The notes under the pieces were generated by a model. The model was not told the origin of the DNA, did no database searches, and was given only the letters and a program-made list of their open reading frames with translations. 64,000 nucleotides of DNA, from assembly GCA_051879675.1 (NCBI GenBank), contig JBJEML010000039.1:672-64671 (forward strand), read 5' to 3'. This document shows, piece after piece, positions 46,713 through 57,414 of this stretch. Each line of letters opens with the position of its first letter. Position 1 is the first letter of the stretch. The DNA is from Lachnospiraceae bacterium (GTDB taxonomy: Bacteria; Bacillota; Clostridia; Lachnospirales; Lachnospiraceae). Both the position numbers and the translations under genes were made by a program.

Positions 46713-46795
46713 TTGACAAATAATACCAAGAGAACTATACTACCAAATAGTTTGATTATCAAATGATTTGACTATCAAAATATTTGAGGATCAAA
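46713..46795 (+). promoter_or_regulatory. fab operon promoter with three tandem FabT-type operators
   Basis: TTGACA(46713)-17 bp-TATACT(46736). Palindromes TTTGAnnnTCAAA at 46751, 46767 and 46783 (16-bp period). Confidence 0.85.
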
Positions 46796-46850
46796 CTACT
46801 TGATGTAGTAATGAAAACGATGAATGAAAAAAGAAAGTGAGGACAAAAAG

Positions 46851-47084
46851 ATGTTAGAGAAATTACAGGAGATCATTGCAGAGCAGTTAGGAATCGAGGC
46901 AGCAGATGTTAAGGCAGAGTCAAATTTTAAGGATGACTTAAATGCAGACTCTCTGGATCTGTTCGAGATGGTCATGGGAATGGAAGAGGAGTTCGGCGTA
47001 GAGATTCCTTCTGAAGATCTGGATAAGATCGCAACTGTTCAGGATGTAATGGATTACTTAAAGAATAAAGGTGTGGAAGAATAA
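46851..47084 (+). CDS. acpP: Acyl carrier protein
   Basis: DLNADSLD phosphopantetheine motif; EEEFGVEI. Confidence 0.96.
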   Translation: MLEKLQEIIAEQLGIEAADVKAESNFKDDLNADSLDLFEMVMGMEEEFGVEIPSEDLDKIATVQDVMDYLKNKGVEE

Positions 47085-48014
47085 ATGTCAGAGCTGATCA
47101 ACCAAATGCTGGGTATCCGCTATCCGATCATACAGGGAGGCATGGCCTGGGTCGCTACATGGGAGCTGGCCAGCGCCGTATCAAATGCCGGTGGACTTGG
47201 AATCATCGGTGTGGGCGGCGCAGATGTGAACTGGGTCGCAGAGCAGATCCGGCAGATGAAAAAACATACAGATAAACCGTTCGGTGTGAATCTGATGCTG
47301 ATGAATCCGCAGGCAGATGAGATTGCAGATCTTCTTGTGAAAGAGAAGATTCCGGTGATCACGACCGGAGCAGGAAATCCCGGCAAATACATGGAGAGCT
47401 GGAAAGCGGCCGGTGCAAAGGTGATTCCGGTCATCGCCAGCGTGGCATTGGCACGCCTGATGGAGCGCGCAGGCGCAGATGCAGTAGTAGCCGAGGGTAC
47501 TGAGTCTGGCGGACATATCGGCTCAGCCACGACGATGACACTTGTACCGCAGGTTGTGGATGCGGTGAACATTCCGGTTATCGCTGCCGGCGGCATCGCA
47601 GATGCCAGAGGCTTTGCTGCAGCACTGATGCTGGGCGCGAGCGGTGTGCAGATGGGAACACGGTTTGTGGCCGCGAAGGAATCCATTGTACATGAAAACT
47701 ATAAGGAAAAGCTCATTAAAGCAAAGGATATTGATTCCGAAGTGACAGGACGCAGTACCGGGCATCCGATCCGCGTCCTGCGCAATAAGATGACGCGGGA
47801 GTATCTGCGCATGGAAAAAGAGGGCGCAAGTCTGGAAAAACTGGAGAAAATGACACTCGGTGCACTGCGCAGGGCAGTTGTCGAGGGTGATGTCATGACC
47901 GGAAGTGTGATGGCAGGTCAGATTGCAGGTCTTGTGAAGAGCGAGGATACTTGTGCACAGATCATTGAAGAGATCATATCAGGTGCAGAGCAGTTACTGA
48001 ATAAAAAATTTTAA
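47085..48014 (+). CDS. fabK: Enoyl-ACP reductase FabK
   Basis: YPIIQGGMAW, AEGTESGGHIG, IAAGGIAD and MAGQIAG motifs. Confidence 0.96.
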   Translation: MSELINQMLGIRYPIIQGGMAWVATWELASAVSNAGGLGIIGVGGADVNWVAEQIRQMKKHTDKPFGVNLMLMNPQADEIADLLVKEKIPVITTGAGNPGKYMESWKAAGAKVIPVIASVALARLMERAGADAVVAEGTESGGHIGSATTMTLVPQVVDAVNIPVIAAGGIADARGFAAALMLGASGVQMGTRFVAAKESIVHENYKEKLIKAKDIDSEVTGRSTGHPIRVLRNKMTREYLRMEKEGASLEKLEKMTLGALRRAVVEGDVMTGSVMAGQIAGLVKSEDTCAQIIEEIISGAEQLLNKKF

Positions 48015-48081
48015 ACAGGCAACCGGTCCGGAGCCGTATCCGGTCTCCGGACTGCAGGGTATAGGAGTAAGAGAGCGCAAT

Positions 48082-48993
48082 ATGGGCAAGAGAGTATTTA
48101 TGTTCCCCGGACAGGGATCACAGTATATTGGGATGGGAAAAGATTTTTATGAGTCTTTCCCGGCAGCAAAAGAGGTCTTTGAACTGGCTGGAGAAGCTGC
48201 AAAGCTGGATGTGGCAAAGCTTTGTTTTGAGGAAGAGGGCAAGATCAATCAGACAGAATACACACAGATCGCAATGCTCACCACAGAGGCTGCCATCTTA
48301 AAAGTACTGCAGCAGGAGGGTGTGAGTGCAGACGCGGCAGCAGGCTTAAGCCTTGGTGAATACGCTGCAATCCTTGCAGCAGAAGTAATGGAGTCGAAGG
48401 ATGTGTTTGCACTGATCCGAAAGCGCGGAAAATATATGCAGAACGCAGTGCCGACCGGCGGTGCGATGGCAGCCGTGCTTGGACTTGATGCAGCAATCAT
48501 CGAGAAGGTTTGTGAGGAGACGATCGGTGAAGTATTTGTCGCAAACTACAATTGTCCCGGACAGATCGTTATCACCGGTGAGGAGAGTGCCGTGGGACGT
48601 GCCTCAGAAGGCTGTAAGGAGGCGGGTGCAAAGCGTGTCGTACCGCTCAAGGTCAGCGGACCGTTCCATTCTCCCCTTCTTCAGGAGGCGGGACAGAAGC
48701 TTGCTGTTGCTCTTGAAAACGTAAAGATCTATGAGCCGAAGATCGGTTATCTGTCCAATGTGACAGCTGACTATGTGACCGATCCGGAAAAGATCCGTTC
48801 ACTGCTTCCTTTACAGGTATGTCATTCCGTGTGCTGGCAGCAGACTGTGGAGCGCCTGATCGCTGATGGTGCTGACGAGTTCGTGGAGATCGGACCGGGC
48901 AAAACACTGAGCGGATTTTTGCGTAAGATCAACCGCGAGATCAAATGCTCAAATATCGACAAGGTGGAGGATCTGAAAAAGTATGTTGGATAA
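48082..48993 (+). CDS. fabD: Malonyl-CoA:ACP transacylase
   Basis: FPGQGSQ, GLSLGEY and VSGPFHS motifs. Confidence 0.96.
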   Translation: MGKRVFMFPGQGSQYIGMGKDFYESFPAAKEVFELAGEAAKLDVAKLCFEEEGKINQTEYTQIAMLTTEAAILKVLQQEGVSADAAAGLSLGEYAAILAAEVMESKDVFALIRKRGKYMQNAVPTGGAMAAVLGLDAAIIEKVCEETIGEVFVANYNCPGQIVITGEESAVGRASEGCKEAGAKRVVPLKVSGPFHSPLLQEAGQKLAVALENVKIYEPKIGYLSNVTADYVTDPEKIRSLLPLQVCHSVCWQQTVERLIADGADEFVEIGPGKTLSGFLRKINREIKCSNIDKVEDLKKYVG

Positions 48994-49729
48994 AAAGATA
49001 GCGCTTGTAACCGGAGCCTCCAGGGGCATCGGTGCAGCCATTGCAAAAAGACTGGCAGGCGATGGTATTTTTGTCATTGTGAATTATAACGGATCAAAAG
49101 AGCGTGCGGAGCGCGTGGTTGAAGAGATCAAAGCAGCAGGCGGCGAAGCGGCTGCCTGCCAGTGCGATGTCAGTGATTTTGAGGCGTGCGGTGCCTTTAT
49201 CACGGAACTGGTCAAGACTTACGGACGGCTGGATATTCTCGTCAATAATGCGGGAATCACAAAGGACGGACTGCTCATGAAAATGAGTGAATCGGAGTTT
49301 GATGCGGTGATCAACACGAACCTGAAAGGTGCATTCAATACGATCCGCCATACGAGCAGACAGTTTTTGAAGCAGCGCAGCGGACGCATTATCAATATCT
49401 CCTCCGTGTCCGGCTTGCTCGGAAATGCAGGACAGGCAAATTATGCGGCGAGCAAGGCCGGCGTGATCGGTCTGACGAGAAGTGTGGCAAGAGAGCTTGC
49501 ATCCAGACAGATCACGGTCAACGCGGTTGCGCCGGGTTTTGTCGGCACAGAGATGATCGAAGCGATGACAGACAGTGCAAAGGAGTCCATGACGGACATG
49601 ATCCCGTTTGGGCGCATCGGCGGGCCGGAGGAGATCGCAGAGACAGTCGCATTTCTTGCATCAGATGGTGCACGCTATATCACCGGTCAGGTGATCGCCG
49701 TGGACGGCGGCATGAGTATTGGTTGCTGA
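48983..49729 (+). CDS. fabG: 3-oxoacyl-ACP reductase
   Basis: [16 protein letters not shown] and YAASK motifs. Confidence 0.96.
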   Translation: MLDKKIALVTGASRGIGAAIAKRLAGDGIFVIVNYNGSKERAERVVEEIKAAGGEAAACQCDVSDFEACGAFITELVKTYGRLDILVNNAGITKDGLLMKMSESEFDAVINTNLKGAFNTIRHTSRQFLKQRSGRIINISSVSGLLGNAGQANYAASKAGVIGLTRSVARELASRQITVNAVAPGFVGTEMIEAMTDSAKESMTDMIPFGRIGGPEEIAETVAFLASDGARYITGQVIAVDGGMSIGC

Positions 49730-49808
49730 AGGAGGAACCCCACGGAGTGGGAAAATTCTTTAAGCTAATAGTGGCTGTGAGAACATGATTCAGAGAGGAA
49801 TAGAGAGA

Positions 49809-51041
49809 ATGAGACGAGTTGTAGTGACCGGTATGGGAGCCATTACTCCCATCGGATTAAATGTAGACAGTTTTTGGTGCGCGATAAAGAACAAGGAAAT
49901 CGGTTTTGCACCGATCACACACTTTGATGCCAGTGAGTATAAGAGCCATATCGCTGCAGAGGTCAAGGGCTTTGTCGGCAAGGATTACATGGATTTCAAG
50001 GCAGCAAAGCGCATGGAGCTGTTTTCACAGTACGCAGTCGCAGCATCTAAGGAGGCACTTGCCGACAGCGGTCTGGATATGGAAAAAGAAGACCCCTATA
50101 TGGTGGGGACTGCGATCGGAAGCGGTATCGGAAGTCTTCAGGCAATGGAGCGTGAGCACAAAAAGCTTCTGGACAAAGGGCCGTCGAGAGTCAATCCGCT
50201 GCTTGTACCGTTGATGATCTGCAATATGGCAGCCGGAAACGTGGCAATCCAGTTTGGATTAAAAGGAAAGAGCATTAATGTGGTGACAGCATGCGCAACA
50301 GGAACAAACAGCATCGGAGAGGCATTCCGCACGATCCAGTACGGTGATGCGGATGTGATGCTGGCAGGTGGAACCGAAGGCAGTGTGACTCCGATCGGAA
50401 TCTCAGGCTTTAATGCGCTGACTGCGCTTTCAGAGGTGGATGATCCGACAAAGTGTTCCCTGCCGTTTGATAAAAACCGCAGCGGTTTTGTAATGGGCGA
50501 GGGTGCAGGTGTACTTGTTTTAGAGGAGTTAGAGCATGCGAAAGCGCGCGGCGCGCATATCTATGCAGAGCTGGTCGGCTACGGATGTTCTTCCGATGCG
50601 TACCACATCACTTCACCGGCAGAGGACGGCGCAGGTGCAGCACGCGCGATGGAAAATGCAATTAAGGATGCCGGTATCAAACCGGAGGATGTAACTTATA
50701 TTAACGCACACGGTACAGCAACACATCACAACGATCTGTTTGAGACCCGTGCGATCAAGCTTGTATTCGGTGACCATGCAAAAAATCTGAAGATCAATTC
50801 CACAAAGTCCATGATCGGTCATCTGCTCGGTGCGGCCGGTGCAGTTGAGGCGATTGCCTGTGTGAAGCAGATCGAGGAAGGCTACATCCATGCGACGGTT
50901 GGCTATGAGACACCGGATGAGGAGCTGGATCTGAACTACTGTAAACAGGACTATACCGAGGAAGTTCCCTATGCGCTGAGCAACTCACTGGGCTTCGGCG
51001 GTCATAACGGCAGTCTGCTGTTCAAGAGATGGGAGGCGTAG
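49809..51041 (+). CDS. fabF: Beta-ketoacyl-ACP synthase II
   Basis: RRVVVTG, TACATG, INAHGT, KSMIGHLLGAAG and NSLGFGGHN motifs. Confidence 0.97.
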   Translation: MRRVVVTGMGAITPIGLNVDSFWCAIKNKEIGFAPITHFDASEYKSHIAAEVKGFVGKDYMDFKAAKRMELFSQYAVAASKEALADSGLDMEKEDPYMVGTAIGSGIGSLQAMEREHKKLLDKGPSRVNPLLVPLMICNMAAGNVAIQFGLKGKSINVVTACATGTNSIGEAFRTIQYGDADVMLAGGTEGSVTPIGISGFNALTALSEVDDPTKCSLPFDKNRSGFVMGEGAGVLVLEELEHAKARGAHIYAELVGYGCSSDAYHITSPAEDGAGAARAMENAIKDAGIKPEDVTYINAHGTATHHNDLFETRAIKLVFGDHAKNLKINSTKSMIGHLLGAAGAVEAIACVKQIEEGYIHATVGYETPDEELDLNYCKQDYTEEVPYALSNSLGFGGHNGSLLFKRWEA

Positions 51042-51044
51042 GCA

Positions 51045-51473
51045 ATGTCTTTACTTTCCACAAAGGAAATCATGGAGATCATTCCCCACAGACAGCCGAT
51101 GCTGCTGATCGATACCGTGGAGGAAATGGAAGTTGGTGTGCGCGCAGTAGCAAAAAAGTGTGTGAGCTACAATGAGCCTTTCTTTGCGGGACATTTTCCG
51201 GGAGAGCCGGTCATGCCGGGCGCGCTTATCGTGGAGGCTCTGGCGCAGACCGGAGCGGTGGCGATCTTATCAAAGGAAGAAAACAAAGGAAAAACTGCGT
51301 ATTTTGCGGGAATCAACAGTGCAAAATTCAAGAAAAAAGTGCTTCCCGGTGATGTGCTCACGTTAGAAACCGAGATCATCAAGGAAAAAGGTCCGATCGG
51401 CGTGGGCAGCGGGAAGGCATATGTGGATGGAAAATTAGTTTGTCAGGCAGAGCTTACCTTTGCCATTGGTTGA
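51045..51473 (+). CDS. fabZ: 3-hydroxyacyl-ACP dehydratase
   Basis: [11 protein letters not shown] and [11 protein letters not shown] motifs. Confidence 0.96.
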   Translation: MSLLSTKEIMEIIPHRQPMLLIDTVEEMEVGVRAVAKKCVSYNEPFFAGHFPGEPVMPGALIVEALAQTGAVAILSKEENKGKTAYFAGINSAKFKKKVLPGDVLTLETEIIKEKGPIGVGSGKAYVDGKLVCQAELTFAIG

Positions 51474-51488
51474 TCGTGAGGTGTAAAA

Positions 51489-53189
51489 ATGGCAGCGTTA
51501 TTAAAAAAGAAGAAAAAAGATGAGGTTTTGAATCAGCAGCCGCAGGAGGCCATGATCACCTGTCCGAATTGTGGAGAGGATGTTGTCAAAGCGGATGTCA
51601 TCAAAAAGAAATATATCTGTCCAAAGTGTAACTATTACTTCCGCGTGCGTACGAAAAATCGTATTCGAATGGTTGTAGATGAGGATACTTTCACACCGTG
51701 GTGCACCGAGCTGGATACGGAGGAAATCGCGAATCCGTTAGATTTTCCGGATTATGAGGACAAGGTGCGCGCGACACGTGAAAAGACAGGCCTTCCAGAG
51801 GGTGTGACTGTCGGAAAAGGAAAGATCTATGGAATGGATGCTGTGATCGGTGTCTGTGATGCACGTTTTATGATGGGAAGCATGGGTCATGTGGTCGGAG
51901 AGAAGATTGTAGAGGCAGTGGAGCGTGCGACAGCAGAAAAGCTGCCGGTCATTCTGTTTTGTTGCTCCGGCGGCGCCCGTATGCAGGAGGGAATCATTTC
52001 TCTGATGCAGATGGCAAAGACTTCCGCAGCGTTAAAACGCCATTCAGAGGCAGGCGGACTGTATATCTCCGTGTTGACAGATCCGACGACAGGTGGAATG
52101 ACCGCGAGCTTTGCCATGCTCGGCGATATCATTCTGGCTGAGCCGGGGGCACTGATCGGGTTTGCCGGTCCGCGTGTCATTGAACAGACGATCGGGCAGC
52201 GGTTGCCTGAGGGCTTCCAGCGAGCAGAATTTCAGCTTGCACATGGCTTTGTGGACCGCATCGTGGAGCGTAAGGATTTAAAGCTTACCCTGTACCAGAT
52301 CTTAAAATGCCATGCAAATGAAGGATTTGCTAACTTTGATCCGATGCGTGAGAATGATATCTATGAACCTACGGAGCTGATGCGTGAGCGCGCCAGCAAG
52401 GAAAAGGCAAAGAGCGCATGGGAAAAAGTGCGCGAGGCAAGACAGATGGGCCGTCTGCAGACGAAAGACTATATTGAGAGTATTTTTGATGATTTTATGG
52501 AACTGCACGGAGACCGTTATTTCAGGGATGATCCGGCAATTATCGGAGGTATCGCATGGCTGGACGGACAGCCGGTTACGGTTATCGGTATCCAGAAGGG
52601 CAGCTCCATGGAGGAGTGCGCTTCGCGCAATTACGGTATGCCTTCACCGGAAGGGTATCGCAAGGCGATCCGTCTCATGAAGCAGGCGGAAAAATTCGGC
52701 CGCCCCGTGATCACATTTGTCAATACGTCGGGTGCTTATCCGGGTATGGAGGCAGAGGAAAACGGACAGGGTGAGGCAATCGCCAGAAATCTCTATGAGA
52801 TGAGCGGACTTCGCGTGCCGGTATTTACATTCATGATCGGTGAGGGAGGCAGCGGCGGAGCACTTGCGCTGGCTGTCAGCAACGAGGTATGGATGATGGA
52901 GCATGCAGTGTATTCCATTCTTTCACCGGAAGGCTTTGCTTCCATTTTGTGGAAGGACGGCAAGCGTGCAAAGGAGGCCGCTTCCGTTATGAAGATCACT
53001 GCACAGGATCTGCTGGCACTGCATGTCATTGACGGCATTATTCCGGAATTTGGCGGTGCGGACGAGGCTGCGCGGGATTCCATCGCGTGGGCAATGAAGG
53101 AACAGCTGAAGCGTTTCCTGAAAGAGAACCGTAAAAAGAGCGGAGAGGAACTGGCAGCAGCGCGCTATGAGAGATTCCGAAAGTTTTAG
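51489..53189 (+). CDS. accDA: Acetyl-CoA carboxylase carboxyltransferase, fused beta (AccD) + alpha (AccA)
   Basis: N-terminal Zn ribbon CPNC...[13 protein letters not shown] and [11 protein letters not shown] (AccD), followed by ELHGDR, PEGYRKA and [11 protein letters not shown] (AccA). Confidence 0.95.
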   Translation: MAALLKKKKKDEVLNQQPQEAMITCPNCGEDVVKADVIKKKYICPKCNYYFRVRTKNRIRMVVDEDTFTPWCTELDTEEIANPLDFPDYEDKVRATREKTGLPEGVTVGKGKIYGMDAVIGVCDARFMMGSMGHVVGEKIVEAVERATAEKLPVILFCCSGGARMQEGIISLMQMAKTSAALKRHSEAGGLYISVLTDPTTGGMTASFAMLGDIILAEPGALIGFAGPRVIEQTIGQRLPEGFQRAEFQLAHGFVDRIVERKDLKLTLYQILKCHANEGFANFDPMRENDIYEPTELMRERASKEKAKSAWEKVREARQMGRLQTKDYIESIFDDFMELHGDRYFRDDPAIIGGIAWLDGQPVTVIGIQKGSSMEECASRNYGMPSPEGYRKAIRLMKQAEKFGRPVITFVNTSGAYPGMEAEENGQGEAIARNLYEMSGLRVPVFTFMIGEGGSGGALALAVSNEVWMMEHAVYSILSPEGFASILWKDGKRAKEAASVMKITAQDLLALHVIDGIIPEFGGADEAARDSIAWAMKEQLKRFLKENRKKSGEELAAARYERFRKF

Positions 53190-53204
53190 ACCAAAGGAGT
53201 TTTT

Positions 53205-54179
53205 ATGATAAAGATATGTGGAACCGGAAGCGCTCTTCCTGCGCGGTCGGTTACAAATGACGATTTGAGCAAAATTATGGATACCTCGGACGAGTGGATC
53301 AGCAGCCGTACCGGCATCCGGGCGAGGCATCTGGCAGTGGAGGAGACGACCACGGGTATGTCGGTACAGGCGGCGAAGCAGGCGCTGGAAGAAGCAGGTG
53401 TGAAGCCGGAAGAACTGGATCTGATCATCGCAGCAACACTGTCACCGGATCACATTCTGCCGACCCTGGCCTGTGAGGTGCAGGCGGCGATCGGCGCAAC
53501 GGGAGCGGTGGCATTTGATCTGCACGCTGCCTGCTCCGGATTTCTGTTTTCCATGAATACGGCAGCAGCATATATGCAGAGTGGTGTGTATAAAAATGCA
53601 CTGGTCATCGGTGCTGAGACATTGTCCAAAATGATGGATTGGAACGACCGCGGTACATGTGTACTGTTTGGTGACGGTGCGGGAGCTGCGGTGTTGAGAG
53701 AACTTCCGGATGATGGAACAGACGGTGGTTTAAAAGCTTTTGTGCAGTATTCAGACGGTGCGCGCGGTGGTGTGCTTGCGTGTGGAAACCGGCCGGTCTG
53801 TCATCCGTATGCGAGTCATGAACCGGAAAACCAGTTTGTGACGATGGATGGTCAGGCGGTTTATAAATTTGCAGTGAGTACCGTACCGAAGGTCGTAACT
53901 GAGGCAGTAGAAAAGGCAGGACTTTCTCTGACCGACATTGATCATTTTGTGCTGCATCAGGCAAATCAGCGGATCATTGAGTCTGTGGCGAAGCGCTTGA
54001 AGCAGCCGATGGAGAAATTTCACATGAATCTGCAGGACTGCGGAAATATTTCTGCGGCAAGTGTGCCGATCCTCTTGGATTCTTTAAATAAAAATGGTAT
54101 AATAAAGGAGAACGAGCGAATCGCTCTGGCTGGATTTGGCGCGGGGCTCACGTGGGGAGCCGCAGTCATCCAATGGTAA
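53205..54179 (+). CDS. fabH: Beta-ketoacyl-ACP synthase III
   Basis: AACSGF, LFGDGAGA, HQANQRI, GNISAAS and GFGAGLTWG motifs. Confidence 0.96.
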   Translation: MIKICGTGSALPARSVTNDDLSKIMDTSDEWISSRTGIRARHLAVEETTTGMSVQAAKQALEEAGVKPEELDLIIAATLSPDHILPTLACEVQAAIGATGAVAFDLHAACSGFLFSMNTAAAYMQSGVYKNALVIGAETLSKMMDWNDRGTCVLFGDGAGAAVLRELPDDGTDGGLKAFVQYSDGARGGVLACGNRPVCHPYASHEPENQFVTMDGQAVYKFAVSTVPKVVTEAVEKAGLSLTDIDHFVLHQANQRIIESVAKRLKQPMEKFHMNLQDCGNISAASVPILLDSLNKNGIIKENERIALAGFGAGLTWGAAVIQW

Positions 54180-54190
54180 AGGAGCCGAAC

Positions 54191-54631
54191 ATGAATACAG
54201 ACGAGACATTAAACGAGATTCTGGTCCATCTTTTTCAGGATTTGATGGATATAGAGGGAAGATGTCTGATCACAGAGGAATTTTCCGATATGACGAACAA
54301 TGATATGCATATTGTGGAAGCAATCGGTCTCGGGGAGGCAAAGCGCAGCTCCGAGGTCGCAAAGCTCATGTCCGTCACGACCGGAACGCTCACGCGGGCT
54401 GTGGATGGTCTGGTGGAGCATGGGTATGTGGTGCGCACGCGCAGCGATAAGGACAAGCGTGTCGTCTATCTGACACTGACGGAGCGCGGAAAGGCTGCCT
54501 ATGAGCATCATAAGCGGTTTCATGAGGAGATGATCGCCAATGCGAAAGCCAATCTATCAGAGGAGGAACTGGCGATTTTGATTCGGTCTTTGAATCATCT
54601 GAATGAATATTTCAGAAACGCATATTCATAA
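54191..54631 (+). CDS. fabT: MarR-family regulator of fatty acid synthesis
   Basis: MarR winged helix (EVAKLMSVTTGTLT...DKRVVYLTLTERG) inside the fab cluster, with matching operators upstream of acpP. Confidence 0.85.
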   Translation: MNTDETLNEILVHLFQDLMDIEGRCLITEEFSDMTNNDMHIVEAIGLGEAKRSSEVAKLMSVTTGTLTRAVDGLVEHGYVVRTRSDKDKRVVYLTLTERGKAAYEHHKRFHEEMIANAKANLSEEELAILIRSLNHLNEYFRNAYS

Positions 54632-54634
54632 TCT

Positions 54635-57394
54635 ATGAAAAAAAGAAGTATTGGCATCCTTGCACACGTCGATGCGGGAAAGACTACTCTGTCTGAGGGC
54701 ATGCTCTTTGAGGCAGGGGCGGTCCGATCGCTGGGACGTGTGGATCATAAGGATGCTTTTTTAGACACGGACGAACAGGAACGGGCGCGCGGTATTACAA
54801 TTTTCTCCAAGCAGGCGCGCTTTGTCTGGAAGGAGCGTGAGATCACGCTCCTCGATACACCGGGACATGTGGATTTTTCCGGTGAGATGGAGCGTGTGCT
54901 CGGTGTTCTGGACGCGGCGGTGCTGGTGATCAGCGGTACGGACGGTGTGCAGAGTCATACGCGTACACTGTGGAAGCTGCTTGCACGCTATGAGGTGCCG
55001 GTATTTTTGTTTATCAATAAAATGGATCTGGCGCAGACGGATGCGGACGGATTGATGACGCAGCTGCAGGCAGAGTTGTCTGAAGGCTGTCAGAATTTTT
55101 CTGTCGTTTATGATGAAAACTGGATGGAAAATATTGCCATGTGCGAGGAAGGGTTGTTAGATTCCTTTTTTGCACAGGATACGTTGCATGATATACAGAT
55201 TGCAGAACAGGTACAGGGGCGGAAGATCTTCCCCTGCTTTTTTGGTGCAGCACTAAAGGACATAGGTGTGCGGGAGCTTTTGGACGGTATGGAGCGCTTT
55301 CTGCCGGAGCCGGTTTATGACAAGAAATTTGGCGCGCGTGTGTTCAAAATATCCCGCGATGAAACAGGCAGTCGCCTGACATGGGTAAAGCTGACCGGGG
55401 GAGTTCTGCGTGTGAAGGATATTCTGGACACCGGGGCGGATGAACCGGAGAAGGTGAACCAGATCCGGCTTTATTCCGGGACGAAATATGAGGCTGTCGA
55501 TGAGGTACGGACGGGTGCGGTGTGTGCACTGACGGGGCTTGTCCATACAGCGGCAGGGGACGGTCTGGGCGAAGCACCGGCGTTGGCGGCACCGAGCCTT
55601 GCTCCGGTCATGACCTACCGTCTCGTATTGCCGGAAACGTGTGATGCATTTGTTTTTCTCGGCAAGCTGCGTCAGCTTGAGGAGGAAGATCCGCTGTTGC
55701 ACGTGATCTGGAACGAGCGTGCGCGGGAGATCCATATGCAGCTTATGGGAGAGGTGCAGACACAGGTATTGAAGACATTGATCTGGCAGCGTTTTCATGA
55801 GGAAGTGGAATTCGCGGAAGGTCGTATCGTATATAAAGAAACGATCGCTGCTCCGGTAGAGGGCGTGGGACATTATGAGCCATTGCGTCATTATGCGGAG
55901 GTGCATCTGCTCATCGAGCCGGGTGAGCGCGGCAGCGGGATCGAGATCGGGACAGCGTGCAAGGAGGATATCCTGGACCGTAACTGGCAGAGGCTGATCC
56001 TTACTCATGTACAGGAGAAGGAGCACCCGGGCGTGCTGACCGGAGCACCGATCACGGATGTGCGCATCACGCTTCTGACCGGACGGGCACATTTGAAACA
56101 TACGGAGGGAGGCGATTTTCGTCAGGCGACCTACCGAGCGATCCGTCAGGGATTGAAGAAGGCAAAAAGTATTTTGCTGGAGCCGTATTATCGTTTTATT
56201 CTGGATGTGCCGACAGAGCAGATCGGGCGTGCCATGGCGGATATTCAGCGGATGAAGGGGGCATTTGATTCTCCTGAGACAGCCGCGGACGGCATGATGA
56301 CAAGACTGACCGGAACTGCTCCCGTGGAGCAGATGCAGGGATATCTCTCCGAAGTAAATGCTTACACGAGAGGCTGCGGACGGTTGTCTTTGGAACTGTC
56401 CGGCTATGAGCCGGTGGACGAGAGCAGGCAGGAGGAGATCGTGGCAGAGATCGGTTACGATAGTGAGAGCGATCTGGATCATCCGACGGGATCCGTCTTT
56501 TGTGCCCATGGCGCAGGATTTGTGGTGCCGTGGTATGAAGTGGAGGAATATATGCATCTGGAGAGTAGTTTTTCGGCGGATGCATCGAGTGGTGTGCATA
56601 TTTTAGGACAGGTGGACATGCAGGCCTATGAGCAGCAAAGACTGGAGGAGCAGGCAAGAGCGGCCGCTGCAAAGGCAGAGGCACGTTCGAAAAGCAGTAC
56701 TTATTCCGGGGGATATGCGGGGGAAAAGGAACTGGAGGAGATCTTTACGCGAACCTTCGGTGAGGTGAAACGGCGCACCGGAGCAAGTGATACGAACCTC
56801 GGCTATGAGCGGGGAACGTCCGAAAAAACACGTTCCTATGCATCAAAGTTGCGTCGTCCGGAGGAATCACAGTATCCGCGAAAGCCAGTGAAAACGCCGG
56901 AGGAATATCTGATCGTGGACGGCTACAATGTGATCTTCGCGTGGGACGAGTTAAAGGCGATCGCGGCAGAAAATCTGGACGGAGCGCGCGATCGGCTGAA
57001 CGACATTCTGTGCAATTATCAGGGTTACAAACAGTGCCACCTCATTGTTGTCTATGATGCCTATAAGCGTAAAGGCGGTGCAGGAAGCGAGCAGGATTAT
57101 CACAATATCCATCTTGTTTTCACCCGTGAGGGACAGACGGCGGATATGTACATTGAGGAATTTGTTCGATCCCTCGGCAAGAAGGTGAAGGTGACGGTCG
57201 CCACGTCAGACGGGCTGGAGCAGCTGACCGTCAGCTCCGGCGGAGCGCTGCGCATGTCGTCGGCAGAGTTGCTTTTGGAGATCCGGGCTGCGGAGCGCGT
57301 CATCCGCGAGGAATACCTGAACAAGGAGTACCCGAAGGGCGAGAAAAATCTGCCGTTTGCAGATACTACTCTAAAGTATACTACTCGTGAGTAG
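54635..57394 (+). CDS. TetM/EF-G-like translational GTPase fused to a C-terminal NYN (YacP/Rae1-like) nuclease domain
   Basis: AHVDAGKTT, RGITI, DTPGHVDF, NKMD, EEDP, YKETI and LLEPY, then LIVDGYNVI...VVYDA...TADMYIE...VATSD (NYN_YacP). Confidence 0.88.
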   Translation: MKKRSIGILAHVDAGKTTLSEGMLFEAGAVRSLGRVDHKDAFLDTDEQERARGITIFSKQARFVWKEREITLLDTPGHVDFSGEMERVLGVLDAAVLVISGTDGVQSHTRTLWKLLARYEVPVFLFINKMDLAQTDADGLMTQLQAELSEGCQNFSVVYDENWMENIAMCEEGLLDSFFAQDTLHDIQIAEQVQGRKIFPCFFGAALKDIGVRELLDGMERFLPEPVYDKKFGARVFKISRDETGSRLTWVKLTGGVLRVKDILDTGADEPEKVNQIRLYSGTKYEAVDEVRTGAVCALTGLVHTAAGDGLGEAPALAAPSLAPVMTYRLVLPETCDAFVFLGKLRQLEEEDPLLHVIWNERAREIHMQLMGEVQTQVLKTLIWQRFHEEVEFAEGRIVYKETIAAPVEGVGHYEPLRHYAEVHLLIEPGERGSGIEIGTACKEDILDRNWQRLILTHVQEKEHPGVLTGAPITDVRITLLTGRAHLKHTEGGDFRQATYRAIRQGLKKAKSILLEPYYRFILDVPTEQIGRAMADIQRMKGAFDSPETAADGMMTRLTGTAPVEQMQGYLSEVNAYTRGCGRLSLELSGYEPVDESRQEEIVAEIGYDSESDLDHPTGSVFCAHGAGFVVPWYEVEEYMHLESSFSADASSGVHILGQVDMQAYEQQRLEEQARAAAAKAEARSKSSTYSGGYAGEKELEEIFTRTFGEVKRRTGASDTNLGYERGTSEKTRSYASKLRRPEESQYPRKPVKTPEEYLIVDGYNVIFAWDELKAIAAENLDGARDRLNDILCNYQGYKQCHLIVVYDAYKRKGGAGSEQDYHNIHLVFTREGQTADMYIEEFVRSLGKKVKVTVATSDGLEQLTVSSGGALRMSSAELLLEIRAAERVIREEYLNKEYPKGEKNLPFADTTLKYTTRE

Positions 57395-57414
57395 TAAAAT
57401 GGAAAGGTGGTAAT

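Noticed and set aside
46751-46795. Mini CRISPR array or iterons
   Set aside because: 13-bp palindromes with 3-bp gaps next to a promoter; there are no spacers, cas or rep genes, and FabT operators explain them.
54635-57394. Tetracycline resistance gene (tetM/tetW/tetO)
   Set aside because: At 919 aa with an NYN fusion, in a housekeeping context with no mobile-element genes, it fits a chromosomal paralog rather than a ~640-aa ribosomal protection protein.
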